Source: Escherichia coli O127:H6 str. E2348/69
GTDB taxonomy: Bacteria > Pseudomonadota > Gammaproteobacteria > Enterobacterales > Enterobacteriaceae
Assembly: GCF_000026545.1 (NCBI RefSeq)
Contig: NC_011601.1
Direction: 5' to 3' (one strand)
Length of the DNA: 64,000 nucleotides
Shown here: positions 35,649 to 46,241 of the stretch, piece after piece
Numbering within the stretch: the first letter of the stretch is position 1
Layout: the number at the start of each line of letters is the position of its first letter
Position numbers and translations under genes: made by a program
The notes under the pieces: model-generated
Seen by the model: the letters and a program-made list of their open reading frames with translations, nothing else
What the model was told of the DNA's origin: nothing
The model's database searches: none

Positions 35649-36863
35649 ATGAAAATTATTGCTGTGGATGTTTTTGTTACTTGTCCCGGGCGTAATTTCG
35701 TTACGCTTAAAATAACCACTGAAAGCGGACTTTGTGGATTAGGAGATGCCACGTTAAATGGTCGCGAATTGTCGGTCGCTTCTTATCTGAAAGATCATCT
35801 TTGTCCTCAATTAATTGGCCGCGATGCCAGCCGTATCGAAGATATCTGGCAATTCTTTTATAAAGGAGCTTACTGGCGACGTGGTCCCGTCACGATGTCG
35901 GCCATTTCTGCCATTGATATGGCGTTGTGGGATATCAAAGCTAAAGCGGCAAATATGCCATTGTATCAACTGCTTGGTGGCGCTTCTCGTGAAGGCGTGA
36001 TGGTTTATTGCCACACCACCGGGCGGACGATTGATGAAGTCCTTGAAGACTATGCAAAGCACCAGCAGATGGGCTTTAAGGCGATTCGTGTGCAGTGTGG
36101 TGTACCGGGTATGCAAACCACCTATGGTCTGGCGAAGGGCAAAGGACTGGCGTATGAACCAGCAACCAAAGGCCTGTGGCCAGAAGAGCAGTTGTGGTCT
36201 TCAGAAAAGTATCTCGATTTTACGCCGAAGTTATTTGAAGCGGTGCGTAATAAGTTCGGTTTTAACGAACATCTGTTGCATGACATGCACCATCGCCTGA
36301 CCCCCATCGAAGCGGCACGCTTTGGGAGGAGCATTGAGGATTACCACCTGTTCTGGATGGAAGATCCGACGCCTGCCGAGAACCAGGAATGTTTTCGTCT
36401 GATTCGCCAGCATACCGTGACGCCGATTGCGGTCGGTGAAGTGTTTAACAGTATCTGGGACTGCAAGCAGTTAATCGAAGAGCAGCTGATTGACTATATT
36501 CGCACGACGATTACCCATGCAGGCGGCATTACCGGGATGCGACGGATTGCCGATTTTGCATCGCTTTATCAGGTACGTACCGGTTCGCATGGCCCTTCAG
36601 ATTTATCGCCTGTTTGTCATGCGGCGGCGCTGCATTTTGACCTCTGGGTGCCAAACTTTGGCGTTCAGGAGTACATGGGCTATTCCGAACAAATGCTTGA
36701 AGTCTTCCCGCATAGCTGGCGCTTCGATGAAGGTTATATGCACCCAGGCGATGAACCGGGGCTGGGTATTTCTTTCGATGAGAAACTGGCGGCGAAATAT
36801 CCGTATGACCCAGCGTATCTCCCCGTCGCGCGACTGGAAGACGGTACATTGTGGAACTGGTAA
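35649..36863 (+). CDS. enolase-superfamily dehydratase, D-mannonate dehydratase (ManD) / RspA-like
   Basis: ORF 35589..36863; ATG at 35649 with AGGAG RBS gives 404 aa ([60 protein letters not shown]...). Very similar to the E. coli starvation-sensing protein RspA as I recall it, but at a different locus (between argH and oxyS). Confidence 0.8.
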   Translation: MKIIAVDVFVTCPGRNFVTLKITTESGLCGLGDATLNGRELSVASYLKDHLCPQLIGRDASRIEDIWQFFYKGAYWRRGPVTMSAISAIDMALWDIKAKAANMPLYQLLGGASREGVMVYCHTTGRTIDEVLEDYAKHQQMGFKAIRVQCGVPGMQTTYGLAKGKGLAYEPATKGLWPEEQLWSSEKYLDFTPKLFEAVRNKFGFNEHLLHDMHHRLTPIEAARFGRSIEDYHLFWMEDPTPAENQECFRLIRQHTVTPIAVGEVFNSIWDCKQLIEEQLIDYIRTTITHAGGITGMRRIADFASLYQVRTGSHGPSDLSPVCHAAALHFDLWVPNFGVQEYMGYSEQMLEVFPHSWRFDEGYMHPGDEPGLGISFDEKLAAKYPYDPAYLPVARLEDGTLWNW

Positions 36864-36929
36864 TAGCGGTTCGCTTAATTATTTTCTGAATATTCATCAA
36901 ATCGATTAATTCCGCTCAAGGAGCTAAAA

Positions 36930-38213
36930 ATGGACATTGATGTGTCAACCAGTGTTGCGGGTAATAAACCGCAACGGATTCGTCGTATTCAGACAGTGAC
37001 CTTGGTTTTATTATTTATGGCGGGGATCGTTAATTTTCTCGACCGTTCATCATTGAGCGTGGCAGGTGAAGCGATTCGTGGCGAGTTAGGATTATCGGCG
37101 ACAGAGTTTGGTGTTTTGCTTTCTGCATTTTCTCTGTCTTATGGTTTTTCACAACTTCCTTCCGGTATTTTGCTAGACCGCTTTGGCCCACGAATAGTTT
37201 TAGGCGCAGGTTTAATATTCTGGTCATTAATGCAGGCATTAACAGGAATGGTTAATTCTTTTAGCCACTTTATTTTAATGCGTATCGGTCTGGGTATTGG
37301 CGAAGCGCCATTTATGCCTGCGGGAGTAAAGTCGATCACCGACTGGTATGCGCAAAAAGAACACGGCACGGCGCTGGGGATTTTTAACTCATCTACCGTT
37401 ATCGGTCAGGCTATCGCGCCTCCTGCTCTTGTGTTGATGCAACTGGCATGGGGCTGGCGGGCAATGTTCGTCATCATCGGCGTGGCGGGGATTCTGGTTG
37501 GGATCTGTTGGTACGCGTGGTATCGCAACCGGGCGCAGTTTGTCCTGACTGACGAAGAACGGACGTATCTCTCCGCGCCGGTTAAACCGCGTCCACAGCT
37601 GCAATTTAGCGAGTGGCTGGCGCTGTTTAAGCATCGGACAACCTGGGGGATGATTTTAGGTTTCTCTGGCGTCAATTATACCGGTTGGCTCTACATCGCG
37701 TGGTTACCCGGTTATTTACAAGCCGAGCAAGGCTTCAGTCTGGCGAAAACCGGTTGGGTGGCGGCGATTCCTTTCCTCGCGGCGGCGGTCGGGATGTGGG
37801 TTAACGGTATTGTTGTCGATCGGCTGGCGAAAAAAGGCTACGACCTGGCGAAGACGCGTAAAACGGCTATTGTCTGCGGTTTGATGATGTCGGCATTAGG
37901 CACGTTGCTGGTCGTGCAATCCTCCTCGCCAGCCCAGGCGGTAGCGTTTATCTCAATGGCGCTGTTCTGCGTGCATTTCGCGGGAACATCTGCATGGGGA
38001 CTGGTGCAGGTGATGGTGTCAGAAACAAAAGTGGCTTCCATCGCCGGGATTCAAAACTTTGGCAGTTTTGTTTTTGCTTCCTTTGCTCCGATCGTAACCG
38101 GTTGGGTAGTGGATACCACGCACTCGTTTAATCTGGCGCTGGTTATCGCGGCCTGTGTGACGTTCACCGGGGCGCTGTGTTACTTCTTTATTGTCAAAGA
38201 TCGGATTGAGTAA
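36930..38213 (+). CDS. MFS transporter, anion:cation symporter (ACS) family (hexuronate/galactonate/glucarate-type)
   Basis: 427-aa ORF with AAGGAG RBS; 12-TM-like hydropathy; N-terminal FLDRSSLSVAG motif characteristic of ExuT/DgoT/GudP-type acid-sugar permeases. Confidence 0.75.
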   Translation: MDIDVSTSVAGNKPQRIRRIQTVTLVLLFMAGIVNFLDRSSLSVAGEAIRGELGLSATEFGVLLSAFSLSYGFSQLPSGILLDRFGPRIVLGAGLIFWSLMQALTGMVNSFSHFILMRIGLGIGEAPFMPAGVKSITDWYAQKEHGTALGIFNSSTVIGQAIAPPALVLMQLAWGWRAMFVIIGVAGILVGICWYAWYRNRAQFVLTDEERTYLSAPVKPRPQLQFSEWLALFKHRTTWGMILGFSGVNYTGWLYIAWLPGYLQAEQGFSLAKTGWVAAIPFLAAAVGMWVNGIVVDRLAKKGYDLAKTRKTAIVCGLMMSALGTLLVVQSSSPAQAVAFISMALFCVHFAGTSAWGLVQVMVSETKVASIAGIQNFGSFVFASFAPIVTGWVVDTTHSFNLALVIAACVTFTGALCYFFIVKDRIE

Positions 38214-38256
38214 CCGTTACTATCAGGCTCTCTTGCTGTGGGCCTGTAGAATAAAA

Positions 38257-38369
38257 AAAAGCGGATCCTGGAGATCCGCAAAAGTTCACGTTGGCTTTAG
38301 TTATTCGAGTTGAGAAACTCTCGAAACGGGCAGTGACTTCAAGGGTTAAAAGAGGTGCCGCTCCGTTTC
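38257..38369 (-). ncRNA. oxyS: OxyS small regulatory RNA
   Basis: Reverse complement of 38257-38369 reads GAAACGGAGCGGCACCTCTTTTAACCCTTGAAGTCACTGCCCGTTTCGAGAGTTTCTCAACTCGAATAACTAAAGCCAACGTGAACTTTTGCGGATCTCCAGGATCCGC plus a U-tail, matching the E. coli oxyS sequence as I recall it; divergent from oxyR. Confidence 0.85.
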
Positions 38370-38464
38370 TGTGAGCAATTATCAGTCAGAATGCTTGATA
38401 GGGATAATCGTTCATTGCTATTCTACCTATCGCCATGAACTATCGTGGCGATGGAGGATGGATA

Positions 38465-39382
38465 ATGAATATTCGTGATCTTGAGTACCTGGTGGCATTG
38501 GCTGAACACCGCCATTTTCGGCGTGCGGCAGATTCCTGCCACGTTAGCCAGCCGACGCTTAGCGGGCAAATTCGTAAGCTGGAAGATGAGCTGGGCGTGA
38601 TGTTGCTGGAGCGGACCAGCCGTAAAGTGTTATTCACCCAAGCGGGAATGCTGCTGGTGGATCAGGCGCGTACCGTGCTGCGTGAGGTGAAAGTCCTTAA
38701 AGAGATGGCAAGCCAGCAGGGCGAGACGATGTCCGGGCCGCTGCATATTGGTTTGATTCCCACGGTTGGACCGTACCTGCTACCGCATATTATCCCGATG
38801 CTGCACCAGACCTTTCCAAAGCTGGAAATGTATCTGCATGAAGCACAGACCCACCAGTTACTGGCGCAACTGGACAGCGGCAAACTCGATTGCGTGATCC
38901 TCGCGCTGGTGAAAGAGAGCGAAGCATTCATTGAAGTGCCGTTGTTTGATGAGCCAATGTTGCTGGCTATCTATGAAGACCACCCGTGGGCGAACCGCGA
39001 ATGCGTACCGATGGCCGATCTGGCAGGGGAAAAACTGCTGATGCTGGAAGACGGTCACTGTTTGCGCGATCAGGCAATGGGTTTCTGTTTTGAAGCCGGG
39101 GCGGATGAAGATACACACTTCCGCGCGACCAGCCTGGAAACTCTGCGCAACATGGTGGCGGCAGGTAGCGGGATCACTTTACTGCCTGCGCTGGCTGTGC
39201 CGCCGGAGCGCAAACGCGATGGGGTTGTTTATTTGCCGTGTATTAAGCCGGAACCACGCCGTACCATTGGTCTGGTTTATCGTCCAGGCTCACCGCTGCG
39301 CAGCCGCTATGAGCAGCTGGCAGAGGCCATCCGCGCAAGAATGGATGGCCATTTCGATAAAGTGTTAAAACAGGCGGTTTAA
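38465..39382 (+). CDS. oxyR: LysR-family oxidative-stress regulator
   Basis: ORF 38435..39382; start at ATG 38465 ([44 protein letters not shown]...), 305 aa. Confidence 0.96.
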   Translation: MNIRDLEYLVALAEHRHFRRAADSCHVSQPTLSGQIRKLEDELGVMLLERTSRKVLFTQAGMLLVDQARTVLREVKVLKEMASQQGETMSGPLHIGLIPTVGPYLLPHIIPMLHQTFPKLEMYLHEAQTHQLLAQLDSGKLDCVILALVKESEAFIEVPLFDEPMLLAIYEDHPWANRECVPMADLAGEKLLMLEDGHCLRDQAMGFCFEAGADEDTHFRATSLETLRNMVAAGSGITLLPALAVPPERKRDGVVYLPCIKPEPRRTIGLVYRPGSPLRSRYEQLAEAIRARMDGHFDKVLKQAV

Positions 39383-40765
39383 GCCATTTAGCGCAGCTAC
39401 CCGATAGGCTTCCGCCATCGTCGGGTAGTTAAAGGTGGTGTTGACGAAGTACTCAATAGTGTTGCCGCCACCTTTCTGTTCCATAATCGCCTGACCGATA
39501 TGAATAATTTCGGCAGCGCGCTCGCCAAAGCAGTGAATACCCAGAATCTCTTTTGTTTCCCGATGGAACAAAATTTTCAGCGTGCCCACGTTCATGCCGA
39601 CGATTTGTGCACGTGCCAGATGTTTAAACTGGGCGCGGCCCACTTCATATGGCACTTTCATCGCGGTCAGCTGCTGTTCGGTTTTGCCCACAGAGCTGAT
39701 TTCCGGGATGGTGTAAATACCGGTAGGGATATCTTCAATCAGATGTGCGGTGGCTTCACCTTTCACCAGCGCCTGCGCGGCAATGCGCCCCTGGTCATAG
39801 GCCGCCGACGCCAGGCTCGGATAACCAATCACGTCGCCCACCGCGTAAACGTGCGGCTGTGCGGTCTGATACATGCTGTTGACCTTCAGCTGTCCGCGAC
39901 TGTCAGTTTCCAGCCCAATGTTCTGTAATGCCAGCGAATCGGTATTACCGGTGCGACCGTTGGCATAGAGCAGACAGTCAGCTTTCAGTTTTTTACCCGA
40001 CTTCAGATGCATGATCACACCGTCGTCACAGCCTTCGATCTTCTCGTACTCTTCGTTGTGACGAATCACTACGCCACTGTTCCAGAAGTGATAGGAGAGA
40101 GAATCTGACATCTCTTGATCGAGAAATGCCAGCAGGCGATCGCGGGTGTTGATCAGATCCACTTTTACATCCATACCGCGGAAGATCGACGCATATTCAC
40201 AGCCGATCACTCCAGCACCGTAAATAAGTACATGGCGCGGTTCGTGGTGCATGCTAAGAATTGAGTCGCTGTCATAAATGCGTGGATGGGGGAAATCAAC
40301 ATCTGTTGGATGATATGGACGAGAACCGCAGGCAATAACAAATTTTTCAGCAGTTAGTGTTTCGACGCTGCCGTCCGGGCAATCCAGCGCCAACGTATGC
40401 TCATCAACAAAGCGAGCGTTCCCCTGCAATATTTCACAGTGATTACGTTCGTAAAATCCCTGACGCATGCGCGTTTGTTGATTAATCACGTTATCGGCAT
40501 GGTTAAGGATATCGGCAAAAGAAGAGCGGAGCAGTCGGGAATGGTCGCTGTATAGTGGGTTTTGATTGAATTCTATAATGCGGCTGACGGCGTGACGGAG
40601 AGCTTTCGACGGGATGGTGCCCCAGTGGGTGCAACCGCCGCCAACATTTTGATAACGCTCGATAACTGCGACGCGCGCACCTTGCTTAACCAGGCCCATT
40701 GCAGCGCCTTCGCCGCCGGGGCCGGAACCTATTACTATGGCATCGTAATCGTAGGAATGTGGCAT
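39365..40765 (-). CDS. sthA: soluble pyridine nucleotide transhydrogenase
   Basis: 466-aa ORF ([38 protein letters not shown]...), FAD/NAD-binding; convergent overlap with oxyR as in K-12. Confidence 0.96.
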   Translation of the reverse strand: MPHSYDYDAIVIGSGPGGEGAAMGLVKQGARVAVIERYQNVGGGCTHWGTIPSKALRHAVSRIIEFNQNPLYSDHSRLLRSSFADILNHADNVINQQTRMRQGFYERNHCEILQGNARFVDEHTLALDCPDGSVETLTAEKFVIACGSRPYHPTDVDFPHPRIYDSDSILSMHHEPRHVLIYGAGVIGCEYASIFRGMDVKVDLINTRDRLLAFLDQEMSDSLSYHFWNSGVVIRHNEEYEKIEGCDDGVIMHLKSGKKLKADCLLYANGRTGNTDSLALQNIGLETDSRGQLKVNSMYQTAQPHVYAVGDVIGYPSLASAAYDQGRIAAQALVKGEATAHLIEDIPTGIYTIPEISSVGKTEQQLTAMKVPYEVGRAQFKHLARAQIVGMNVGTLKILFHRETKEILGIHCFGERAAEIIHIGQAIMEQKGGGNTIEYFVNTTFNYPTMAEAYRVAALNGLNRLF

Positions 40766-41094
40766 GGTAGGGCTTACCTGTTCTTATACATAAAAGCAAC
40801 AGAATGGTAACATTTTATCGCGGGTAAGCCAATTGATCCCCGTCATTTATCTGGCTATATCGTGAGCGGCCTTTGCTTTGTCTTCCTCCTTCTTATTTTA
40901 TTTATTCACTATTAATAGCTTTTTCTTATGGCTGATAGTTTTATCTTGCCGAAGCGTGCTTTTTTGTTATTGTCTTTATGAAATATTCTTATAAAACAAA
41001 TATATAAATATTTTATATTGATGAGTTATTTGTATTTATACCATCAATATAATCCGTTAATTAGCCTGTTTATAAGTGAATAAAGGAATAGCCG

Positions 41095-42261
41095 ATGATC
41101 GAACACTATATTCGTGGGTTTGAGGAAGAACTTCGCGAGATCCGCCATCAGATCCACGAAAACCCGGAGCTGGGATTACAAGAATTTAAAACCAGTGCTT
41201 TGGTTGCGGAAAAGCTGCGCCAGTGGGGCTATGAGGTTGAGCAAGGGCTGGCGACAACCGGCGTGGTAGCCACGTTAAAAGTGGGCGACGGAGAGAAAAG
41301 TATTGGCCTGCGGGCGGATATGGATGCGTTGCCGATTTATGAAAATAGTGGCAAGCCCTGGGCCAGTAAACATCCTGGTTTAATGCACGCCTGCGGGCAT
41401 GACGGGCATACCACCATACTGCTGGGGGCTGCGCGTTATTTTGCCGAAACCCGCCGTTTTAACGGCACGTTACGCCTTATCTTCCAGCCTGCGGAAGAGA
41501 TGATTAACGGCGGTGAGATCATGGTTAAAGAGGGGCTTTTTGATCGTTTCCCCTGCGATGTCATTTTCGGGATGCACAACATGCCGGGTTTGCCGGTCGG
41601 CAAGTTTTTCTTCCAGCCTGGGGCGCTGATGGCGTCAATGGATCAGTTCCATATTACGGTTCGTGGTTGTGGCGGACACGGTGCGATCCCGCACAAAGCC
41701 ATCGATCCAGTGCTGGTTGCCGCACATATCACCACCGCATTACAAAGCATTGTGTCGCGCAATGTTGATCCGCTGGAAGCGGCGGTAATTACCGTCGGCA
41801 GCATTGTTGCGGGTGAGGCGGCTAACGTCATTCCTGACAGTGCTGAGATGAAAATCAGTGTCCGCTCTCTTAGCCGCGATACCCGACAACTTCTTCTGAC
41901 CCGTATTCCTGCTCTTGCACAAGCCCAGGCTGCCAGCTTTGGCGCTACGGCTGAGGTTACGCATGTTAACGGTACACCGGTATTAGTAAATGACGAGGAG
42001 ATGGCGCGCTTCGCCTGGCAGGTGGCGTGCAAAACATTTGGTGAAGATCGGGCTGAGTTTGGCATCAAACCCCTGATGGGCAGTGAAGATTTCTCTTTCA
42101 TGCTGGAAGCCCAACCCAAAGGCGGTTTCCTGTTATTCGGTAATGGCGATGTCGGGGAAGGTTCCTGCATGGTGCATAACCCCGGTTACGACTTTAACGA
42201 TGCAAGCCTGGTCCCGGCAAGCAGCTACTGGGGCGCACTGGTTGAAGCCTGGCTGCAATAA
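41095..42261 (+). CDS. M20D-family amidohydrolase (aminoacylase / hippurate hydrolase-like)
   Basis: 388-aa ORF with the HACGHDGH metal-binding motif and overall M20D architecture; preceded by about 300 bp of very AT-rich DNA. Confidence 0.75.
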   Translation: MIEHYIRGFEEELREIRHQIHENPELGLQEFKTSALVAEKLRQWGYEVEQGLATTGVVATLKVGDGEKSIGLRADMDALPIYENSGKPWASKHPGLMHACGHDGHTTILLGAARYFAETRRFNGTLRLIFQPAEEMINGGEIMVKEGLFDRFPCDVIFGMHNMPGLPVGKFFFQPGALMASMDQFHITVRGCGGHGAIPHKAIDPVLVAAHITTALQSIVSRNVDPLEAAVITVGSIVAGEAANVIPDSAEMKISVRSLSRDTRQLLLTRIPALAQAQAASFGATAEVTHVNGTPVLVNDEEMARFAWQVACKTFGEDRAEFGIKPLMGSEDFSFMLEAQPKGGFLLFGNGDVGEGSCMVHNPGYDFNDASLVPASSYWGALVEAWLQ

Positions 42262-42303
42262 ATAAAACAACACACAACAACACTTTTTGGCAAGGAACAT
42301 GGA

Positions 42304-43620
42304 ATGACGGCGATCGTAAATGAAACCGTGAGTGTGAAGAAAAAGCCCAGCGGCAGGCGGGTGATCTTTGCCTCGGCGTTTGGCAATGCGCTCGAATTTT
42401 TTGATTTTGGCGTCTACAACTTTTTTGTGGTCTATATCAGTACGCTTTTCTTCCCACCCAGTGCCGATCATAACGTCGCGCTGTTACTGGCATTTGCAAC
42501 GTTTGGTGTGAGCTTTTTTATGCGTCCGCTCGGTGGGATTATCGTTGGTGCCTGGGCCGATCGCTTCGGGCGTAAACCGGCGATGGTGTTCACTATTGCT
42601 CTGATGAGCCTCGGTACGCTGATGATCGGCATCGCACCGACGTATGAAACGGCGGGCTATTGGGGAACCGCAACGCTGGTGCTGGCGCGTCTAATTCAGG
42701 GTGTTGCGGCAGGTGGTGAAGTCGGGGCTTCAATGTCGCTACTGGTGGAGTCAGCTCCGGCAAATCGTCGCGGCTTTTACAGCAGTTGGTCACTGGCGAC
42801 TCAAGGCCTGGCAACAACTTTTGGCGGTGTTGTCGCTTTAGGTTTAAGCGCATGGCTACCGTTCGCCACAGGTTCAGAAACCGTAATGGCAGAATGGGGC
42901 TGGCGTGTGCCGTTTTTTATTGGCGTGTTATTAGCACCTATCGGTTGCTGGTTGCGTCTGAGCCTGGAAAATGACGTACCTGAGCCAGTGCGCAATAAAA
43001 AAGCTGCTACCAGCGAAAGCGCGTTTTCTCTGCTCCTGCAACATAAGGCGACTATCGTTAATGGCGTTTTACTCGCTATTGGTAGCACGGTAGCAACCTA
43101 TATTTCCCTCTTTTACTATGGCACATGGGCGGCGAAGTATCTGGCAATGCCTCAACACTATTCTCATGCAGCGATGTTACTGGCGGGGGTAATTACGTTT
43201 GTGGGCGCGCTGTTGGTGGGGATGCTATGTGATTCGGTTGGGCGTAAAAAGCTGATTTTAATCTCCCGTGTGATGGTGCTTCTCTGTAGCTGGCCGTCAT
43301 TCTGGCTGTTGGTGAATTACCCAAGCCCTGGCATGTTGCTGACGGTGGTTTTCGTGATGGTCAGCTTTACCACGCTTGGCGGTGTGCCAGTGATGTTGTT
43401 GATCTCTGAACTGTTGCCGAAACGGATTCGGGCATTAGGTTTCGCGCTGGTTTATAGCATTGGCGTAGCAATCTTTGGCGGTTTTGCGCAATATTTCGCC
43501 ACGCAATCCATCGTGTTGCTGGATAGTCTGACGGCTCCGGCGTGGTATCTGGGTGGAGGCACGTTGCTGTCGATGCTGGCGTTGTTGTACGTAAAAGAAC
43601 CGGCCAAAGAATTGCAGTAA
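42304..43620 (+). CDS. MFS transporter, metabolite:H+ symporter (MHS) family
   Basis: 438-aa ORF; MHS signature [10 protein letters not shown] in the loop 2-3 region; 12-TM-like hydropathy; 42 bp downstream of the amidohydrolase, likely co-transcribed. Confidence 0.75.
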
Positions 43621-43726
43621 ATATGTTTTATTGCGTTACCGTTCATTCACAACACTGGAGCAATCCAGTATGTTCATTCTCTGGTATAGTGCCAGCAGTA
43701 CTTTTGGCAAGGATTCAGACATCGTG

Positions 43727-44374
43727 ATGGGCGTAAGAGCGCAACAAAAAGAAAAAACCCGCCGTTCGCTGGTGGAAGCCGCATTTAGCCAATTAAGTGC
43801 TGAACGCAGCTTCGCCAGCCTGAGTTTGCGTGAAGTGGCACGAGAAGCAGGCATTGCTCCCACCTCTTTTTATCGGCATTTCCGCGACGTAGACGAACTG
43901 GGTCTGACCATGGTTGATGAGAGTGGTTTAATGCTACGCCAACTCATGCGTCAGGCGCGTCAGCGTATCGCCAAAGGCGGGAGTGTGATCCGTACCTCGG
44001 TCTCCACATTTATGGAGTTCATCGGTAATAATCCTAACGCCTTCCGGTTATTATTGCGGGAACGCTCCGGCACCTCCGCTGCGTTTCGTGCCGCCGTTGC
44101 GCGTGAAATTCAGCACTTCATTGCGGAACTTGCGGACTATCTGGAACTCGAAAACCATATGCCGCGTGCGTTTACTGAAGCGCAAGCCGAAGCAATGGTG
44201 ACGATTGTCTTCAGTGCGGGGGCCGAGGCGTTGGATGTCGGCGTCGAGCAACGCCGGCAATTAGAAGAGCGACTGGTACTGCAGCTGCGAATGATTTCGA
44301 AAGGGGCTTATTACTGGTATCGCCGTGAACAAGAGAAAACCGCAATTATTCCGGGAAATGTGAAGGACGAGTAA
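43727..44374 (+). CDS. fabR: TetR-family repressor of unsaturated fatty-acid biosynthesis
   Basis: ORF 43631..44374; start placed at ATG 43727 ([52 protein letters not shown]...), 215 aa; an upstream in-frame start is possible. Confidence 0.88.
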
Positions 44375-44733
44375 TGAAACAAGCAAATCAAGATAGAGGT
44401 ACGCTGCTGCTGGCGCTAGTGGCTGGCTTATCGATTAATGGTACTTTCGCAGCGCTGTTTAGCTCCATTGTACCATTTTCTGTATTCCCGATTATTTCTC
44501 TGGTGCTGACGGTTTACTGCCTGCATCAACGTTATCTTAATCGCACCATGCCGGTAGGCTTGCCGGGTCTGGCTGCTGCCTGTTTTATTCTCGGCGTACT
44601 GCTGTACAGCACGGTGGTTCGTGCGGAATATCCGGATATCGGCTCTAACTTCTTCCCGGCAGTACTGTCCGTCATTATGGTGTTCTGGATTGGCGCGAAG
44701 ATGCGTAACCGTAAGCAGGAAGTTGCTGAGTAA
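44374..44733 (+). CDS. yijD: DUF1422 inner-membrane protein
   Basis: 119-aa hydrophobic ORF immediately after fabR (overlapping start/stop), as in K-12. Confidence 0.88.
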
Positions 44734-44741
44734 TCGGTATC

Positions 44742-44772
44742 ATGCCGGATGCAGGCGCATCCGGCATGGGTT
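44742..44772. terminator. bidirectional hairpin between convergent yijD and trmA
   Basis: Inverted repeat ATGCCGGATGC / GCATCCGGCAT with a 4-nt loop; REP-like. Confidence 0.5.
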
Positions 44773-45873
44773 TTACTTCGCGGTCAGTAATACGCCGCAC
44801 TCCATATGGTGCGTGTAGGGGAACTGATCAAATAGAGCCAGACGTTCGACCTTGTGCGTCTGGCTTAATGTTTCCAGATTCTTGCATAACGTTTCCGGAT
44901 TGCAGGAGATATACAGAATACGTGGATACGCCTGCACCATTTTCTCGGTTTCACTGTCCAGACCGCTGCGCGGTGGGTCGACAAAAATGGTTTCGCACTG
45001 ATAACTCTTCAAGTCGATCCCTTGCAGGCGATTAAACTCGCGCACACCATTCATCGCCTGAGTAAATTCTTCTGCCGCCATACGAATAATTTGGACGTTA
45101 TCAATATGGTTAGCGGCAATGTTGTATTGCGCGGCAGCGACCGAAGGCTTGGCGATTTCGGTGGCTAATACCCGATCAAAATTGCGCGCCAGGGCTAATG
45201 AGAAGTTACCGTTGCCGCAATACAGCTCCAGTAAATCGCCTTTTGAGCCTTTGGTGACGTCCAGCGCCCATTCCAGCATCTGAATATTCATCGCCGCGTT
45301 CGGCTGGGTAAAGCTGTTTTCTACCTGACGGTAGATCATCTCTTTCCCTGCGACCGGCAGACGTTCATCGATGTAATCTTGGTCCAGCTCGATTTTGGTT
45401 TTCGTTGCCCGACCAATCAGATGCACATTCAGATTCTGCGCGCGCAGTGCATCGCGCAGGGCTTCCGCCTGCTGACGCCACTCATCATCCAGCTTCTTAT
45501 GGTACAGCAGGGAAACCACCGCCTGATTACTCAGCGTGGTGAGGTAATCAATCTGGAACAACTTGTGGCGCAGAACGGGATTATTACGCACACCCGCAAT
45601 CATCGCCGTCATCAACTGGTTGATAAGTTCACTGGCGGCGGGGAAGCTATCCACGCGGATGCGGCTTTTGGTTTGTTGATCGAAAATGATGTGATACAGG
45701 TCATCGCCATCGTGCCAGATGCGGAACTCCGCACGCATCCGGTAATGACTGACCGGCGAGCGAAACACTTCCGGAACCAGGTCAGAAAACGGTGCCATCA
45801 TACTTTGCAAACGTACCACTTTTTCGGCTAACTGCGCTTCATACTGTTCTGTTGGAAGGTGTTCGGGGGTCAT
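44773..45873 (-). CDS. trmA: tRNA (uracil54-C5)-methyltransferase
   Basis: 366-aa ORF ([29 protein letters not shown]...). Confidence 0.95.
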   Translation of the reverse strand: MTPEHLPTEQYEAQLAEKVVRLQSMMAPFSDLVPEVFRSPVSHYRMRAEFRIWHDGDDLYHIIFDQQTKSRIRVDSFPAASELINQLMTAMIAGVRNNPVLRHKLFQIDYLTTLSNQAVVSLLYHKKLDDEWRQQAEALRDALRAQNLNVHLIGRATKTKIELDQDYIDERLPVAGKEMIYRQVENSFTQPNAAMNIQMLEWALDVTKGSKGDLLELYCGNGNFSLALARNFDRVLATEIAKPSVAAAQYNIAANHIDNVQIIRMAAEEFTQAMNGVREFNRLQGIDLKSYQCETIFVDPPRSGLDSETEKMVQAYPRILYISCNPETLCKNLETLSQTHKVERLALFDQFPYTHHMECGVLLTAK

Positions 45874-46001
45874 GATGTATCCTGAAAAATTAAAGTACGC
45901 GGCGATTGTAGGGATTGCCCATCAGATGTCCAGATCTTGATGAATTCCTATTTGTGAGCTACGTCTGGACAGTAACTTGTTACAACCTGTAGCATCCACT
46001 T

Positions 46002-46241
46002 GCCGGTCCTGTGAGTTAATAGGGAATCCAGTGCGAATCTGGAGCTGACGCGCAGCGGTAAGGAAAGGTGCGATGATTGCGTTATGCGGACACTGCCATC
46101 CGGTGGGAAGTCATCATCTCTTAGTATCTTAGATACCCCTCCAAGCCCGAAGACCTGCCGGCCAACGTCGCATCTGGTTCTCATCATCGCGTAATATTGA
46201 TGAAACCTGCGGCATCCTTCTTCTATTGTGGATGCTTTACA
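46002..46241 (+). ncRNA. cobalamin (adenosylcobalamin) riboswitch, btuB 5' leader
   Basis: Leader starting GCCGGTCCTGTGAGTTAATAGGGAATCCAGTGCGAATCTGGAGCTGACGCGCAGCGGTAAGGAAAGGTGCGATGATTGCG... matches the E. coli btuB leader as I recall it. Confidence 0.75.

Noticed and set aside
43631-43726. Upstream in-frame extension of fabR (start at 43631 or 43670)
   Set aside because: The ATG at 43727 gives the 215-aa protein I recall for FabR and keeps the TetR HTH at the N-terminus; the longer forms are not excluded but unsupported.
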